Origin: Pocillopora damicornis
Lineage: Eukaryota
Direction: 5' to 3'
Assembly (NCBI RefSeq): GCF_003704095.1
Contig: NW_020847128.1
Coordinates: 1 to 64,000 of the forward strand
DNA length: 64,000 bases
Shown here one piece after another: positions 36,541 to 53,590 of the stretch (positions within the stretch are counted from its first letter, which is position 1; each line of letters starts with the position of its first letter). The notes below the pieces were generated by a model, which saw only the letters and a list, made by a program, of their open reading frames with translations, made no database searches and was not told where the DNA came from. The translations under genes were made by a program, and so were the position numbers.

Positions 36541-39500
36541 AAAGCAATAACCTAAGGAGGAGTACGTCTAAGCAATCAGCCCCCGCTCATTGCCGCGGAC
36601 CCCGAAAAGCGCGGAAAGGTTCAAGCTTCTTTTCTAAAACTCCCTTCTGACCATGAATATTTATTTTTAACTCACACGTTGCTTTGCAGGATCTTTTAAA
36701 AGTAGCAGTTTTTACTTTATCAGTAATGCAGTCTGGTGTCAAGGTAGAAATTTTTTTTACATAGAGAGAAATAAGTGTGATCCACCGCTAAATCTCTGCA
36801 ACACCCTCATCCTCCCCTCACAAAAAAATAAGTAGATAAATAAATAAAATGACTGAGTTTTTGAAGACCCAATCGACTCCTTAAGATTAAAACACACTCA
36901 AGCTGTTTTTCAGGAGGTCAAATGGAAAAATATGAGTTGAAAGTTCTTTTTTTTTTCGCCTTAAGGAGGCGCCTTTCCTCTGCTTTATCAGCTAATTATT
37001 ATTTGTAATGTTCTTCCGTTCGGCTATCCTCGTTTGAATTAAATATCCTATCGATTTTTTTTTCTTTACATCTTAATGATGATTTTTAGGCATACTTTTT
37101 TTCTTTGTCTTACACGAACCATTTGTGCGATTCCAGGAAGGTACATTAAATTGACCTCCCAGGCAGTTTTATTTTCATTTAAACTAATAATAACGATAAC
37201 AATAATAAAGAACAAATCTGAGCATCCGAGTACTTTTCCTTACATAGTCCAATATTCATCGACTCAGACCAACGTTAATTTGACGTTGAGTTAGTCTTAA
37301 TTTGAGAATGCAGTCTTCATTGTGCTAATCTTTATCTTTCAAATAATCAAAGCTTTTCGAGACTTAAACTAGGTCTATAATTATTAAACCATGTTATAAA
37401 AACAACGTGGAATCATGCTGAATTTTCCGAAATGATCTAAGCTGGTACACTTCCTGGGGACTGATTGCTTGTTTTGATTAAAAATGATTGTATGTGATTT
37501 TTCAAAAAAAATGCATCAAAATTGAAATGATGTAAAAGTTTCATATAAATGTGTTTTCAAATGTAAATAGATATTCTGACTGAATAAGCGTTGCATTCCT
37601 TAAAAAAGATGTGGGGAACTGGGAGACGTCTTCTCCAAGGCTTAAAGTTACACTGTCTATTTTATTCATCTGTGAACAGAATATCTTTCGGCTCGTGGCA
37701 TTTTATGATATGTTGACATTTCCATTGGCAGGTTTTGATAAAGAAGGCCTTGAAGGGTTGTTGAAAATATCAGAGAGCAGTGGTAATAACAAGAAACTCA
37801 TGAATAAAGCCGTTACTTCAAAGCAAAACTTAATGATTGTTTCTGACTCTAAGGTAGCTAATCTGTTCCCTGGACAGCCTGGTAATATTTTGGTAAGGTT
37901 GAAATATCCTTGTTGTTATTGTAAATGGAACGATAATCGACTTTCTTCTGTTCCGATGCGTTAGGACCGTGTAACTCGTGTTGCTACAATTTCGAAGTAC
38001 CTAACGCGAACTATTTTGAAAACTGTACAACCAAGAGAAAATTAGGAGACCATCATTTTCTCTCGTTATTACTTACTGTAAAGTTTACAAACTTAGGCAA
38101 AGTTTCAATGGCAACCCTAACAATAGCGTTGGGCAATTGTTTATCCAAAATCTTCGAATGGTCTACGCGATGTTTCAGTGTCTAATTTTTAATTTTATTT
38201 CATTCAATTTCTTGACACTCATCAATCATTTCATTAAAGTAAAGAACATTTCAATATCAGGAGGACATTTTAGGCCAATGATGTTGACTCAGAGAGCGGT
38301 TTGAAGTTTGCACAAAAGGTGTAAGCAGGAGCCCATTACTTGAGCTCTTGGTGTAAGTGAATACGAAGTTCCTACTCTTTATTTATGACCATTTTGGCAC
38401 TTTTCCGTATCGCTCAGGGGGGTTTACAGACATCTCGTTTCCCTGTCAACTTATCCCCCACGGGTAGAGGCGATGAAAGAGATTATTACGAAAGAAATTG
38501 GGCATTTTCAGACATCTTGTCTCCGCTCAAAATGACCTTCAATTCCGTATAAATCTGGCAATTGTGTGAGGTGTGTTGTTCCATTACCCGAAATTGGGAA
38601 CGCTATATTATTTGCATTTTGATGCACAACGCAAGGCAAATGCCTGCGAAAAAGTTTCCATTTTCTTTTTGCGTTCAAGAAATTAAACTGTTAAATTTCA
38701 CCTGGTAAGTTGGGCATACAAATGAAATGAGCATACAAATGGTTTAGTTATCCTAATGTAGTCCTTTCATCATGAATCCGCTTAACTTTTCTTGTAAATA
38801 AGGCGTTTTACTGATTTCGTACTCCTCTACGGGTTTCAAATTTACCATTGTTATAAAATTGATTGGGGCACAACAAACGAAACGTATGATAGACAACGCT
38901 CTAATACGAAGATGTCGTTTTCGAACAGGGTCCATCGAGGGCATTGATTTAAAAGAAATTATCGACTGATACTTCTATTATTATAGTTTTTTGAAAGCGA
39001 ATAAGTGAAATCTTTCATAGAAAAGGATTGATTTTGTTACGTCCTTTGCACGTGGCGCTTTGTTAACAATTTTGTTTGAAATTGAAAGAGTTTTAATTAA
39101 AATGTACCCAAAAGAGAACACAAAGTATTCTTTTTGTTTCTTCGGCTATAGAAGAAAAATCGTCTCCGAATTACGATTTTAAGATGGCCTCTTAACACTA
39201 ATGGCTAAGTGGATATAATTACTCTATCCCTCTTGCTGGCCATTTTAATATTTTTAATAGTACGAACGCTTTGTTTATTTGACTGCCGGTAATTACCGGT
39301 GGTAAACTGTAATGCCTGTGTCATTTGTCGCCATTATAGGCCAGGTCTTCAACCAGCGTATTCTCTGGACGCGTCGGGTGTAATTTGATGTGAATGTTGC
39401 CAGAAGCCTCATTAAAAAGCAAGCTTTTCAAAAACCCGCTCGTTAAGTTGTATTATCTTTGGGTTAATTTTGAAACTTAGAAACGATGTTTGGACAAGCT

Positions 39501-40635
39501 AATTGAAAGCGACTAATACTATATGTTTCTCGACCACAGTTTGTTTCAAGACGAGTGTTTCCAATATTTAATATACTTATTAAACTTAGTTTATTTTTGA
39601 GAAAAAGCTTAAATTAGAAAATGGAGCCCTTTAATTAGCACTTCTGACTGCCCTTCTTATCTTGCTCTTCCGTTGCCCTGGAAAATCCGACAAACTTGTT
39701 AATTTGGTAAAAGGTTTGAACATGAAAATGGTTTAGAGAGCTGAAAATAACTAATTTGCCATTGTCTAATGTATTATTTCCAATTTTTAAGATCCAGGCT
39801 CTAAAAAAAGAAAAAAAACCATTTTGAATAGGAAAAGATGTAATGTTCCGGTTGTTTGAACAAAGCACTCAGTCTTTTTGGCGCCGGGGGAATTCCACCT
39901 TTTTAAGGCTTTCTCTTTTTTTGTTTATTCTTTGTTTGTACTTTTCTTAAAGATGTTCTATTTTCCAACACAGAAGAACATTGAATTACGACTTTGCTTG
40001 ATAACAGCCGGCTGCAATCCCAGGACTTTTTGTCGCCGGAAACGGATCTCGTACATTGTTTTTCTTTTGATTTTCCTTGTCAAGTTAAATGAAGCAAAAA
40101 CCAATTATTGCACCGAGAGATTTATTTTGAGACGTTCTTGTGATTATATTTGTAAAATTTACGCTATTTGTGAGTCCCTTTTTCAATAACTTCAAACAAG
40201 TAATAACAACTAGTAACAAGAACAGATCAGGTAACTGTCTCTAAAACGCCCCTCCGGCGCTGATAATCACATGTTGGTGTTTTCTACAAATGTTTACTAT
40301 TTTATTTAGTTCACTTCATCCAGAATATTAAAAAAGTAATACAGTGGATAAACATTGCACTTTAATATATATTTTCTTGTAAATAAAAACTTTAAAACTA
40401 AGAAATTAAAGTATAAAATTCTCAATTTTTTTTTTTTTAATGGGAAATGCAACTGGATACCCCACATGTAAATTCTCTTATCGCTAGGAGTTTTTGGAAA
40501 TTCATATAACTAAACTAGAAATAAGAAAAAATACCCTTTTCTTTTTTCCTGGGACTTGATACTTCCTAGGGTGTCAATTGATCCTTGAGATTTTACGCTC
40601 GAAAACATTTCATAAGTACGAGTGACCTGCGTATC

Positions 40636-41042
40636 GTGTTAAGGCATGACGAGTTTAACTCAACAATACATCGAGATGATGCGTACGCTACTTTTTAAAG
40701 TCGAGGAACGAATGTGAATTATAAAACTGCAAAGAAGGAAGTAATTTGCTTTTACTACAGATTTTTCCTTCCAAATCACTTCAATATCCCTTTTCATAAA
40801 CTATTCTGATGGTGGAAGAACCGAAAGATTATTGATTTTAAATCTGTATGCGCGATACTTGAGTATTGTGTTAAGGCATGACGAATTTGACTCAACAATA
40901 CATCGCAGTTATGCGTATGCTTCTCTTTTAAGTTGAGGAACGAGTGTGAAAAAGAAAACTGGAAATAAGGATGTAAATTGCTTTTACTACTGATTGTTCC
41001 TTCCAAATCATTTCAGTTTCCCTTTTCATAAACTATTCTGAT
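40636..41042 (+). repeat. Diverged direct duplication, ~175-bp units, period 232 bp
   Basis: 40636-40810 and 40868-41042 both run gtgttaaggcatgacga...cccttttcataaactattctgat. Confidence 0.9.
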
Positions 41043-42841
41043 AATAAAAAAACCTTCAGATCAGAGATCTTAAATTAAACAACTAGCGTGAGCTACGGAG
41101 TGTTCTTTATACTTCTTAGCCATTTCTGGCCATCTTCCTTTTGTTTAAGCGCAAAAGAAAAAAGAAAACATCAGCTGCGGGCTAACTAGTTGCAGTAATT
41201 TGTCTTATGTTACGAACAAACTTGCAATCAGACGAATATTTTCTGGTGGCTAGGTGCAAAGCAGCCAGAAAAAAATAGCAATAAATTTTTGGTGGGATTT
41301 GCAATTTCACGAACTCGCAATGAATACAATTTAAAAGATCTTAAAACTTTTAATGTGGACTTTTCTAATTGGATACGTAATCATGAAAAAAATTGATATT
41401 CCTTTTATTCATTGGAATAAAAAATTTCTACGAGAACTCATTGCAAACCCTGACGCTAAATTCGATAATTGTTTCCAGGCAATCAATTCCAGGTATTTCT
41501 TTGATGTTTCCGACGAAAGGCAAACTTTCACCATTTTCAATATGAAGAATATAAATGAAAGCCTCCATAATCACTTAATTTCAGAAAGTGAATTATTAAA
41601 ACTCTCATATACGTATCAATGATTCAGAATCTTAGACAACACCTTCGTTAAACTATATGTTGCCCTTTTCTGGCGCTCGTGTTGGCCAGCGTCTTACAGA
41701 TTTTCTTGCCACTAATGCTGTTTGCATAACCTAAACTAAACGATTTTTCTAATCCCTATGTATCTGTGGTTTTACGGCGCTAATCCGAACGGAAGGGCAG
41801 CAGAGTGTAAGACATGCTTTGTAATACAAACGATAAAACTCGAATGTCCTCGATAACCTTCAGCATTGCTCTTTCGATATTTATATATAGTTGAGTAATC
41901 TTAATTCAATTATTCCAAAGGTTAGACTAAGGCGGACGCGTGTTAGCGTATCCAAACATGCACTTTTCGCGGTTTTCAAGGCTCTGATAATTACTATAAG
42001 ACGGCCTGTTTTCGTTGTCTGCTGGGCTTTCATTTTCAATCAAGCACCAGTATTCTCTCCCGTGGGCGGCTTTTTTCCTTTTTCAAAATCATCCAAATCG
42101 TCCTTCATTGTCAAACGACGGTCGGATAAACACATTGTGTTAAAAATTACCATAAACAAAAACCAACGGAGATCAATATAAGTGATCTATTGTGGATTAC
42201 GAATCGTAATTTACCGCTTCAGAGAAGAAGCCGCCATTATTTGGCAACCTCGAGGCGGTGCACTTTGCATCACAGCTTTTTTCGCCCCCTTATATTAAAC
42301 GACCTGAAGGTGATTGTTTCCCAAACAGATTGTCCCTGCGAACAGTGTCGACAAGCGCTTCGCAAAGTTATTGACATTTATAAATGAGTGAAAATTAGGG
42401 CAGCGTATGTTAAACACAATTGCATGAATAGGGGTCACAAACCTTTACTTAGAGATGGTACTCAAGCGTCATATAAGTCATTTTATAAATTTACACTTGC
42501 TTATCATGAAAAGACAGCGTATCTTATTGCCGACCAACTCGGCCAGGGAATGGCATATAGTTACTAAAATAGCGTTAGAATGTCAGGTTTAATAATATAA
42601 GTACTTCAAGCATTGCCTTTAATTAAGGTTATTGCAGGAGCCGATAATAAATTATGGAGCTATCTGGGGCACCACAAAGAACAACAATCGCATTAAACGC
42701 GTTTTCTCGACAAAACAGACCAGACACGCACAAAATAAATCTGCCCTTGTCTGTGACAGGGCCTATTAACTGATCCAACTTAAGTGATTTGACCTCGAGG
42801 TTAAACTATTCCAGTGCAAAGTCACTTTCGCTGTCTTATTA

Positions 42842-43108
42842 TTTCACACTCTGTACGGTATGTTTAACTTTGAGAGCGGTCCAATAATTATTAATATGTT
42901 CTAAGCAAAGAAGAGTTTATTGAGCGGCATCGTGATTGGTCGGTTTCTTTACACTGAGTCAAGCTCGATCGGCCTCTGTTTATTGCTAAATTTCCTTGCT
43001 TGTGCATTTCAATTACTTTTCGAAGTGCGCGCTTCCTGATTGGTCCATGCGCTTCGATTTAAATATCTATGGTTAATTACTTTTCTGACATATCAGAACG
43101 AGGTGTGA
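42842..43108 (+). promoter_or_regulatory. Putative Brachyury proximal promoter: two inverted CCAAT boxes and T-box half-sites
   Basis: TGATTGGTC near 42933 and 43037, AGGTGTGA at 43101-43108 and TTTCACACT at 42842-42850, all 160-420 bp upstream of the ATG. Confidence 0.4.
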
Positions 43109-43266
43109 CTTTTATTCATTGACGGCTAATTAGGAAGCTGCTTGGATCGACGGAGTAATAATTTCATTTCGGTTCGATCATCTGTTCTTGTGATGTTTTA
43201 TTAGTACCTCTCGCTGCGTGGACGTCCTGTCATTGAGAGCAAAAGCACAACGAGTCAACACACGCT

Positions 43267-46929
<3,663 letters not shown>

Positions 46930-49900
46930 ACTCTGTAAGGACTTCTTTTCCTCCCTAAACAGAAATCATTAACTTCAGAAATTTAGACGTAAATAATTCG
47001 AAAAGAAAGGCTTAAAAAGGAAAACTATGACAGTTTGTTTCAAAAATAGGATAGTTCCTTTTCACAGTTTCCTCGTTTCTGAAAGAAAAATTATCATTAT
47101 GAGAAGACATTTAGACTTCTAGCACTGAACGGAAAGGAGTAACGAAAAAACCAACTATTTGATTTTTGACTGACATTCCAAAGTTTTATGGCATAATGCT
47201 TCCAACGATAGGTTATTTAGAATATGAATTCAAAAACATGTCATTTCCGTAAATTATTTCCTCCGGCGTTTTTTATAGTTGGATTTAGATATAATTAGGC
47301 AACGTCCTAATTTACCCAAACTGTTCCTCCTATATCGTTAAAAAAAATACAACTTCAAAATGAAATATTTTTATTTAGTCAAGCCCAACTTTAGGGAAAA
47401 TGATCCGAACTGAAACCGGGTTTATTAATTTTTTTTTTTCTCTTGAGCCTCAATCAAAATTTTGAATTTATTTATTTATTTACCTGTACCTCTTTTAATT
47501 TTTTGAAGGATTCCGAACAAGGGTGTCTATCTATGCTGGTGTGTTTCAATGAAAAGAGAATTTTGCTTAAGTACTCGGAACTAAGTGGCCAGATAAGTAA
47601 GTTTTTAGATTTTTGATGAAATTATCCTGAGCATAACGGAAAGCTCTCATTTTTAACTAACCCCTTCGCCGGCCAGGTACGACTTCTACTTACATGACTC
47701 TTTTTCCTTACATTTTTTACGTCCCTTGAAAGCCGACCGTCACAAATCCGGGGAAATAAGGTTTAAAACGTAACGAACAGCTTAAGAAAGTGCAGCTGAT
47801 AGCTTTCAAGGGAATCATCATATTTTAGGATTTAATCCAGAGATTTTTTACAGTATTGTAAGAATTATCGCTCACATCAAAGTACACAGATCCCTAAGCT
47901 CAAAAGCACAACTTGCTCATTATTAACACGATATTTCCTGGTCTCGATATCCGAAAACAACCAAAGAGGAAATAGTTTAAGCGATAATATGAATATGTAC
48001 ATAAAACCTGAAAAATTATTGATTAAGATTAATATAGTTGGTAAAATCAAGCAAGAGAAATATTTATTAAGATAAAGATGATTAACGTTATTTGAAGGAA
48101 ATCTTCGTTATGATTAGAACTATAGTCTTGTAAATAGCGTTTGTATACAAGCAGTTGATGTTTATGCATGAAAAATTAAGAAACGCGGGCCATACTTCAC
48201 ATCAAAGTGAAAGTTGTTATTTAACAAATTCGGTGTGTTCTGATATCGCTTACATATCTGAGATATTCAAGTGGCGATGTTGGTTTGATATCCCTTGTAA
48301 AAGACTTGTAAAGATAACTCTGTAGCTTAAATAAAATAAACCAAGACGGGAAATTCAAATATCAGCGTCTTAATTAAACATCTTCGTCCCTTCCAGGTTT
48401 TCCCGGTATCTGGCAGATATACATTAACTTATTTACCTCCGGCCAGTTCAAAACGATATATTTCCGGCTATGGACCATCAGAATGTTAATTTTGTTAATT
48501 GACTTCAGAAAAAGTTTTGAACAGAACAGGTGAATTCAATCAAATTGCGCGGTATATTTCGCAAAGTTAACGCCTGCCTTTGAGAAAAGAAATTACTTCC
48601 AAACGAGAAGTTCATTTTCCACGGCGCTTCGGAACATCTTACTAATGAAAACAGGGGCGTGTTGTTGCTATAAAAGGCTTTTCAAAGGACCATGGACTCT
48701 CCAATGGTACTTTCGTGTTTGCGCTAACTACTCGTGAGAGAGCGAAAAAAAAGTTCAGTTCGCGACTCCTTTCACACTTTCATGCGACTCCAAGGACACA
48801 ACAGCATAGAAGTGTGGACGAAAATTGTCTCTGTGTTTTATATGTATACCACAATTTTTGTAACTCGCTGTGATGTTTTTTTTCTCAAAAGTGACGAAAT
48901 TGGAACACGCAAAAAACAATGCAGTATAAAAGTAAGAGCAATAAAAAGTTTCTGCCAAGGAGAAGTAGAAGACTCTCTTCGTTTACCGCTAACATTGTTT
49001 TCTGGTTTGATTACATTTCTCTTCTTTTCAAGGCGGCATCACTCAGGCACATTGCGGCGCTTTTTCAAGCGCATATTCAATTAATTTGACCTTTGTTTTT
49101 AACACTGTGGTGTAAATTTGGGCAACAATAGCAAGTCGAGATTGAAAAAGATTAATAAAAACTCTTCAATCTCCAAAGCCATTAAAACGTGCGAGACGAA
49201 ATAATTTATAAGCCAGAAGAGAACAAGCTGGTGAGTGTAATTTATACTGTCTTTGTGTTAAGTCAGGCTACCTTGTTGATATGGAAGGGAAGGCGGCCAC
49301 CGAGGAGCCCGAAGGAAGTATTTTCGGCACTTTGATCATAAAATTCTTTCTTTAATCAGCCTATGATTGTGGGCACCTTTGTTTACCGAAACTTGCTAAA
49401 CTATATTACTTTCTAAAGGCTCTGTTATGATAATGAAGGGTTAATAAGTCGAGTCCTATGTTATTTACTGCTTTCTGTTAATCACGCAGTTTATTGAACC
49501 TCCATATTACTGACGCGTTCTTCTTTGATATGATAATTTAAGTGAAATCGATGCGGCTCTTCCATTGTGCTGATGGTCTTGACAGAAGACCGGTCGCTTT
49601 CACTCCGAAGAAATTCCGTTAACATTAGAATCTTACCTAACTAAGAGCAAAATATTGCTATAGCAAGTATTTTGAAAGTAAACTGTTTGACTGACCTCAG
49701 TAACGACTTTTGCAAACAAATTTGAAGTCGCTGTTCTGACGTAACAGTTTTAAACAGCAAACAGTTAAAACAAAACCAAGCTTCTCGCGACAAAACATTG
49801 TCGTCCAAGCAGATCGTGGATAATGATACGATATCGCAGATAAAAAGTTGATGAAATTGTTTTATCGTAAACAATCCTTAAAATACACAAAGCCTCTTTG

Positions 49901-50922
49901 TTTGTAAATGTAAAGTGCTGGTATTGTTATGACAAGTCATAGCTTGAAGTCTATATTATGTCCGTGCATGCCTTCGTAAAACACAACATTAAATACAGAT
50001 AACAAAAAATTAGTTTCGATGTGTCCTATCTCACTTTAACATTTCCGAGTTGTTTCATGAGATACGTGCTTCATGAAGCAATGAAAAAAAATCAGTTCCG
50101 ATTGATTTTACAAATTTAACGCTTTCCGAGTCATCTTCTCCTATTTACATTTAGCAATATGCGAGCTACTTGAAACCAATTCCCATTTTTCCCACTTTCA
50201 GCTTTCTTTTTTCATCCATGTAAACTTCGAACCATAACTGATCAGAACACTAATGGGATTTACATTCACAAATAATATAAAAAAAAAACTTTCCTAACTC
50301 ATCGTGTGATAAAATGAACCAAGCTATCAAAATATTGAACGCAGATTGGTTCTGTTTTCTCGAATCGTACAGGCTCACTCAAACTCCTCGTTATCGAAAA
50401 ACTGAGATTAGCCGTTTCATGTGGATCGTTGTCTATTCTCTCTGGCAATTCGAGCCTAGAATATTTTGAACCAGAGTTAAAAGTAATTATTTGTTTTGAG
50501 GTATTGGGAGTCTGTAGCATTTTCATTTAAGACTACTGACAATGTAGCTCTCAATGAGATGAAAAGATCAGAAACACTCAGTCCAAATGGAACAAGTTTA
50601 ATGTTTGAGTTCCTTTTTTTTCCCTCATCAGAATTGAATGGGAAGATGTAGATAAAGGTGTTTCGGTCACTTAAGTGAAACAAATTTATGTTTTTCTGCA
50701 GATGTTTTTGCCGCTGATATGATCAAACCTTGCTTAACATTGACTGGATCAAAATAAATCAAATTGAGTTGAAAGAATTATTCACTACAAGACAACTCGC
50801 CTCATATCTACTTTCAAGGAAGTTTAGATTCATTCTCAAGGCGAAATAGATATTGTGAATTCAAAAGGCTCAATCTAATAAATTTACTTAAACAGAAACT
50901 GGTGGATGGAAATTCCATTGTT

Positions 50923-50997
50923 GGAGGGCAAAAGTTGTACGTAGCTGCGAGACAGCGGCGTGCAGGGAGGGCAAAAGTTGTACGTAGCTGCGAGACA
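50923..50997 (+). repeat. Exact 32-bp direct repeat, 2 copies, 11-bp spacer
   Basis: ggagggcaaaagttgtacgtagctgcgagaca at 50923-50954 and 50966-50997. Confidence 0.9.
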
Positions 50998-51269
50998 AAC
51001 CGGTTCCTTGTCGCAATCACACTTTTAGTCAAGGTCAAATTTTTATAGAGTGACGATATGCTTTCATTGTGCAATTTTCTAGTGTTCAGAGATACTTATG
51101 CTCAAACTCTCTTTCTGGTTAGTTTACGCCGAGCCTTAAAGCATAAAAGGATTGTATTGAGTATGTCACATAAATTTCTGAAACGCTGGCTCAAGTTTTC
51201 ACGAGAGCTGGTGGGGAAAGAGTAATTTAGTATTATCAACTGAGAATTGGCCACTATAAAGAGTTTAAG

Positions 51270-51304
51270 AGCTGACGTTTCGAGCGTTAGCTTCTCGTCA
51301 GAAG
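51270..51304 (-). ncRNA. Minimal (Penelope-type) hammerhead ribozyme motif
   Basis: Minus strand reads CTT-CTGACGA-GAAGC-TAAC-GCTC-GAAA-CGTC-AGCT: CUGANGA core, stem II hairpin, GAAA, palindromic ACGT stem III and a GUC cleavage triplet. Confidence 0.65.
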
Positions 51305-53300
51305 TTACACTCTCCCACCGACGCAGCACCACTGTTTCTTTAGAAACTTACCCCCTTTATTCACTGGTGGCGAAAGGTTAAGTAACTTTTCTCTTACAGT
51401 GCACACATTACAGCCGTGTACAGCCAGACTTAATGTTCCTACCTTTTACGCAAGATCAGAGGATCAATTAAACGATCTCGCTATTCAAAACGATTTTTTC
51501 GTTCATTCCCACTTTTACCCTTCTGTAACAGCCTTATGTGGTTACTCAAACATATTTTGTTAACAATCTTCACGACTCATGCTAATCATAAATTTAGGAA
51601 GAGAACACAGTGGATTCTCAAGCCATTGGCTTTGTGCTAAAATAATTTCTTTTCAAGTCAAATCTTGAAAAGTATACTCATTCATTTTCAGCTTTTCTTT
51701 AATTTGTTTGAAGGTTATGTCCGTTTAAATAACTAAAGTTAGAAATTCTCCGCAGAATGCTATTGAAGCCAGTTGTTGTGCGTATAAAGATTATCTTCTA
51801 GGACTAAAACAGGATATAAAAGAGATTCCGTGCACGTTGTTGACTTTTTCCTCACATCAATCCATGAATCAAACCAATAAAAAAATATTTTGTCGAGATG
51901 ATTCTTCTCGCTTAATCTCAAATCATTCTTTTTTAATAAAAAATACAATCGAACAATTGTGTTTCACTTGTTAGGAAAATAGCAAACAAAATGTGAGTCA
52001 AATGATTTTGAAAGCTCATCAGTATTTCTTGCGTGATGAACATTCATTTTACTGACGAGGGTGAAAATGAATTCATCTTATCCGGAAATAACACATTTTT
52101 TAGTTTGGAATGATTTAATTATAAAAGAAATGTGTTTATTTTCTCATGGCAAACTTCGCACAACCGACTTTATTTTCTGGATGCTTCTTAGAGATGATAA
52201 GGCTGCGTGAATTTTTTTCTGACTGAATCTGAGCCCCCAATTGTTTTGGTAATGTTTGCAGTTCGATTTCATCAAAATAAACATAATAACTTTGTAGTAT
52301 TAAGACGTCGGTCTTAGTCGGGAGAATCTAGACTGTGGCCATTGTTATTAGTACTTCTCGTAGAGATGTGAAAAGCTGTACTTGAGGGTGAAACCCCTTT
52401 CACAAAGCCGACTTGTGTTAGATTCACACAAACGTGGTCACAGTTGCCTATTTCTCGTAAATATTTGAATTTCTTTTTTTTCGTTCGCCCCAGTCAGAGA
52501 TGGCAAATGGACAAACAATTGGAAAGAAACGCGAGCTACCGATGAGGATAATCTCGGCCAGAGAGCTAATTGAATATTGAAGAAAGATCTTGAAAATTTG
52601 TCTGCCGTATGGGACACAGAAACAAGTGCGTTAGTGTCCAGTTATATTAACTTGTAGTGCGAATTTTTGATTCACGTATTCCAACATTTATTTCATGGAA
52701 ATACCTCATCGAAGGCCCTTTTATTTGTAGCTTGATCAGATTTTGCTTCTTTCTTTTGTTTTTTTGCTGACTATAGCGTTCACGAAAAAGTGGTGAAGAA
52801 GTTATAGCTTTAAGAATTGGGTGTACGAGAATCAAACAAACAGGGAAATGAAAACGTTCGACCCCTATTAAAAATTTTTCTGGAATGTGGGTACCCTATG
52901 AGAACGCACAAATTTCTCTTTTTAAGGGGTGCAACACTCCTATCGCCTTAGCAACGATAAGGGGTGTTAATTCATTAATCGTAACACGTTAAAGCTTCCA
53001 GCATATTTAGAGACAACACTCTTCCTTACCTTTATGCATTCAATTTTCCCTGACAGCTGACATAAACAAAGGAATTGATAGTTCATTTAGTCACACTTTT
53101 GGCCGCTTGTGCTGTTGCGCTCCGCGCAATTCCGATCCCAGACCTTCCTTCCTGAGTAATTGAACAATCCTGAATCGTTTGGCCGTACCGTTCATCGTCA
53201 CTTTTATGTTTAAATCGGCTGAATTGCACCAGACTATCTTAACATACGTTACTTTGGGTAATAGGCATGCACAACACCGCGTAGGCCCGGTCCTCTCAAA

Positions 53301-53590
53301 CACCGCATTTCCTCGAATAAACGCCCACGCTCTGATAAGCGCCCTCCCTCGAATAATCGCCCACCCCCTCAGCCATAATATGAAACATATACCCCCTCCC
53401 CCCTCACTTTGTTAAGAAGCAAGGATACAAGAAAACACCTGTTTCTATTGCTACTTTATTTATAAATTTTTAAGCTTCAGTAACGGTCACTAATTTCTTA
53501 ATAAGCACCTCTCTCGATCAAGCGCCCTCCTTCCAAAAAGCGCCCCTCCTTTTGGCCGAAATCTAAATAAGTGCTCGGGAACTATTAGAC
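53301..53590. mobile_element. MITE with ATAAGCGCCC repeats
   Basis: Starts caccgcatttcctcgaataaacgccc and has repeated aagcgccc motifs. Same family as 4457-4916. Confidence 0.55.

Noticed and set aside
50923-50997. CRISPR-like repeat-spacer-repeat
   Set aside because: Only two units with an 11-bp spacer, no cas genes, and a eukaryotic context. It is a simple local duplication.
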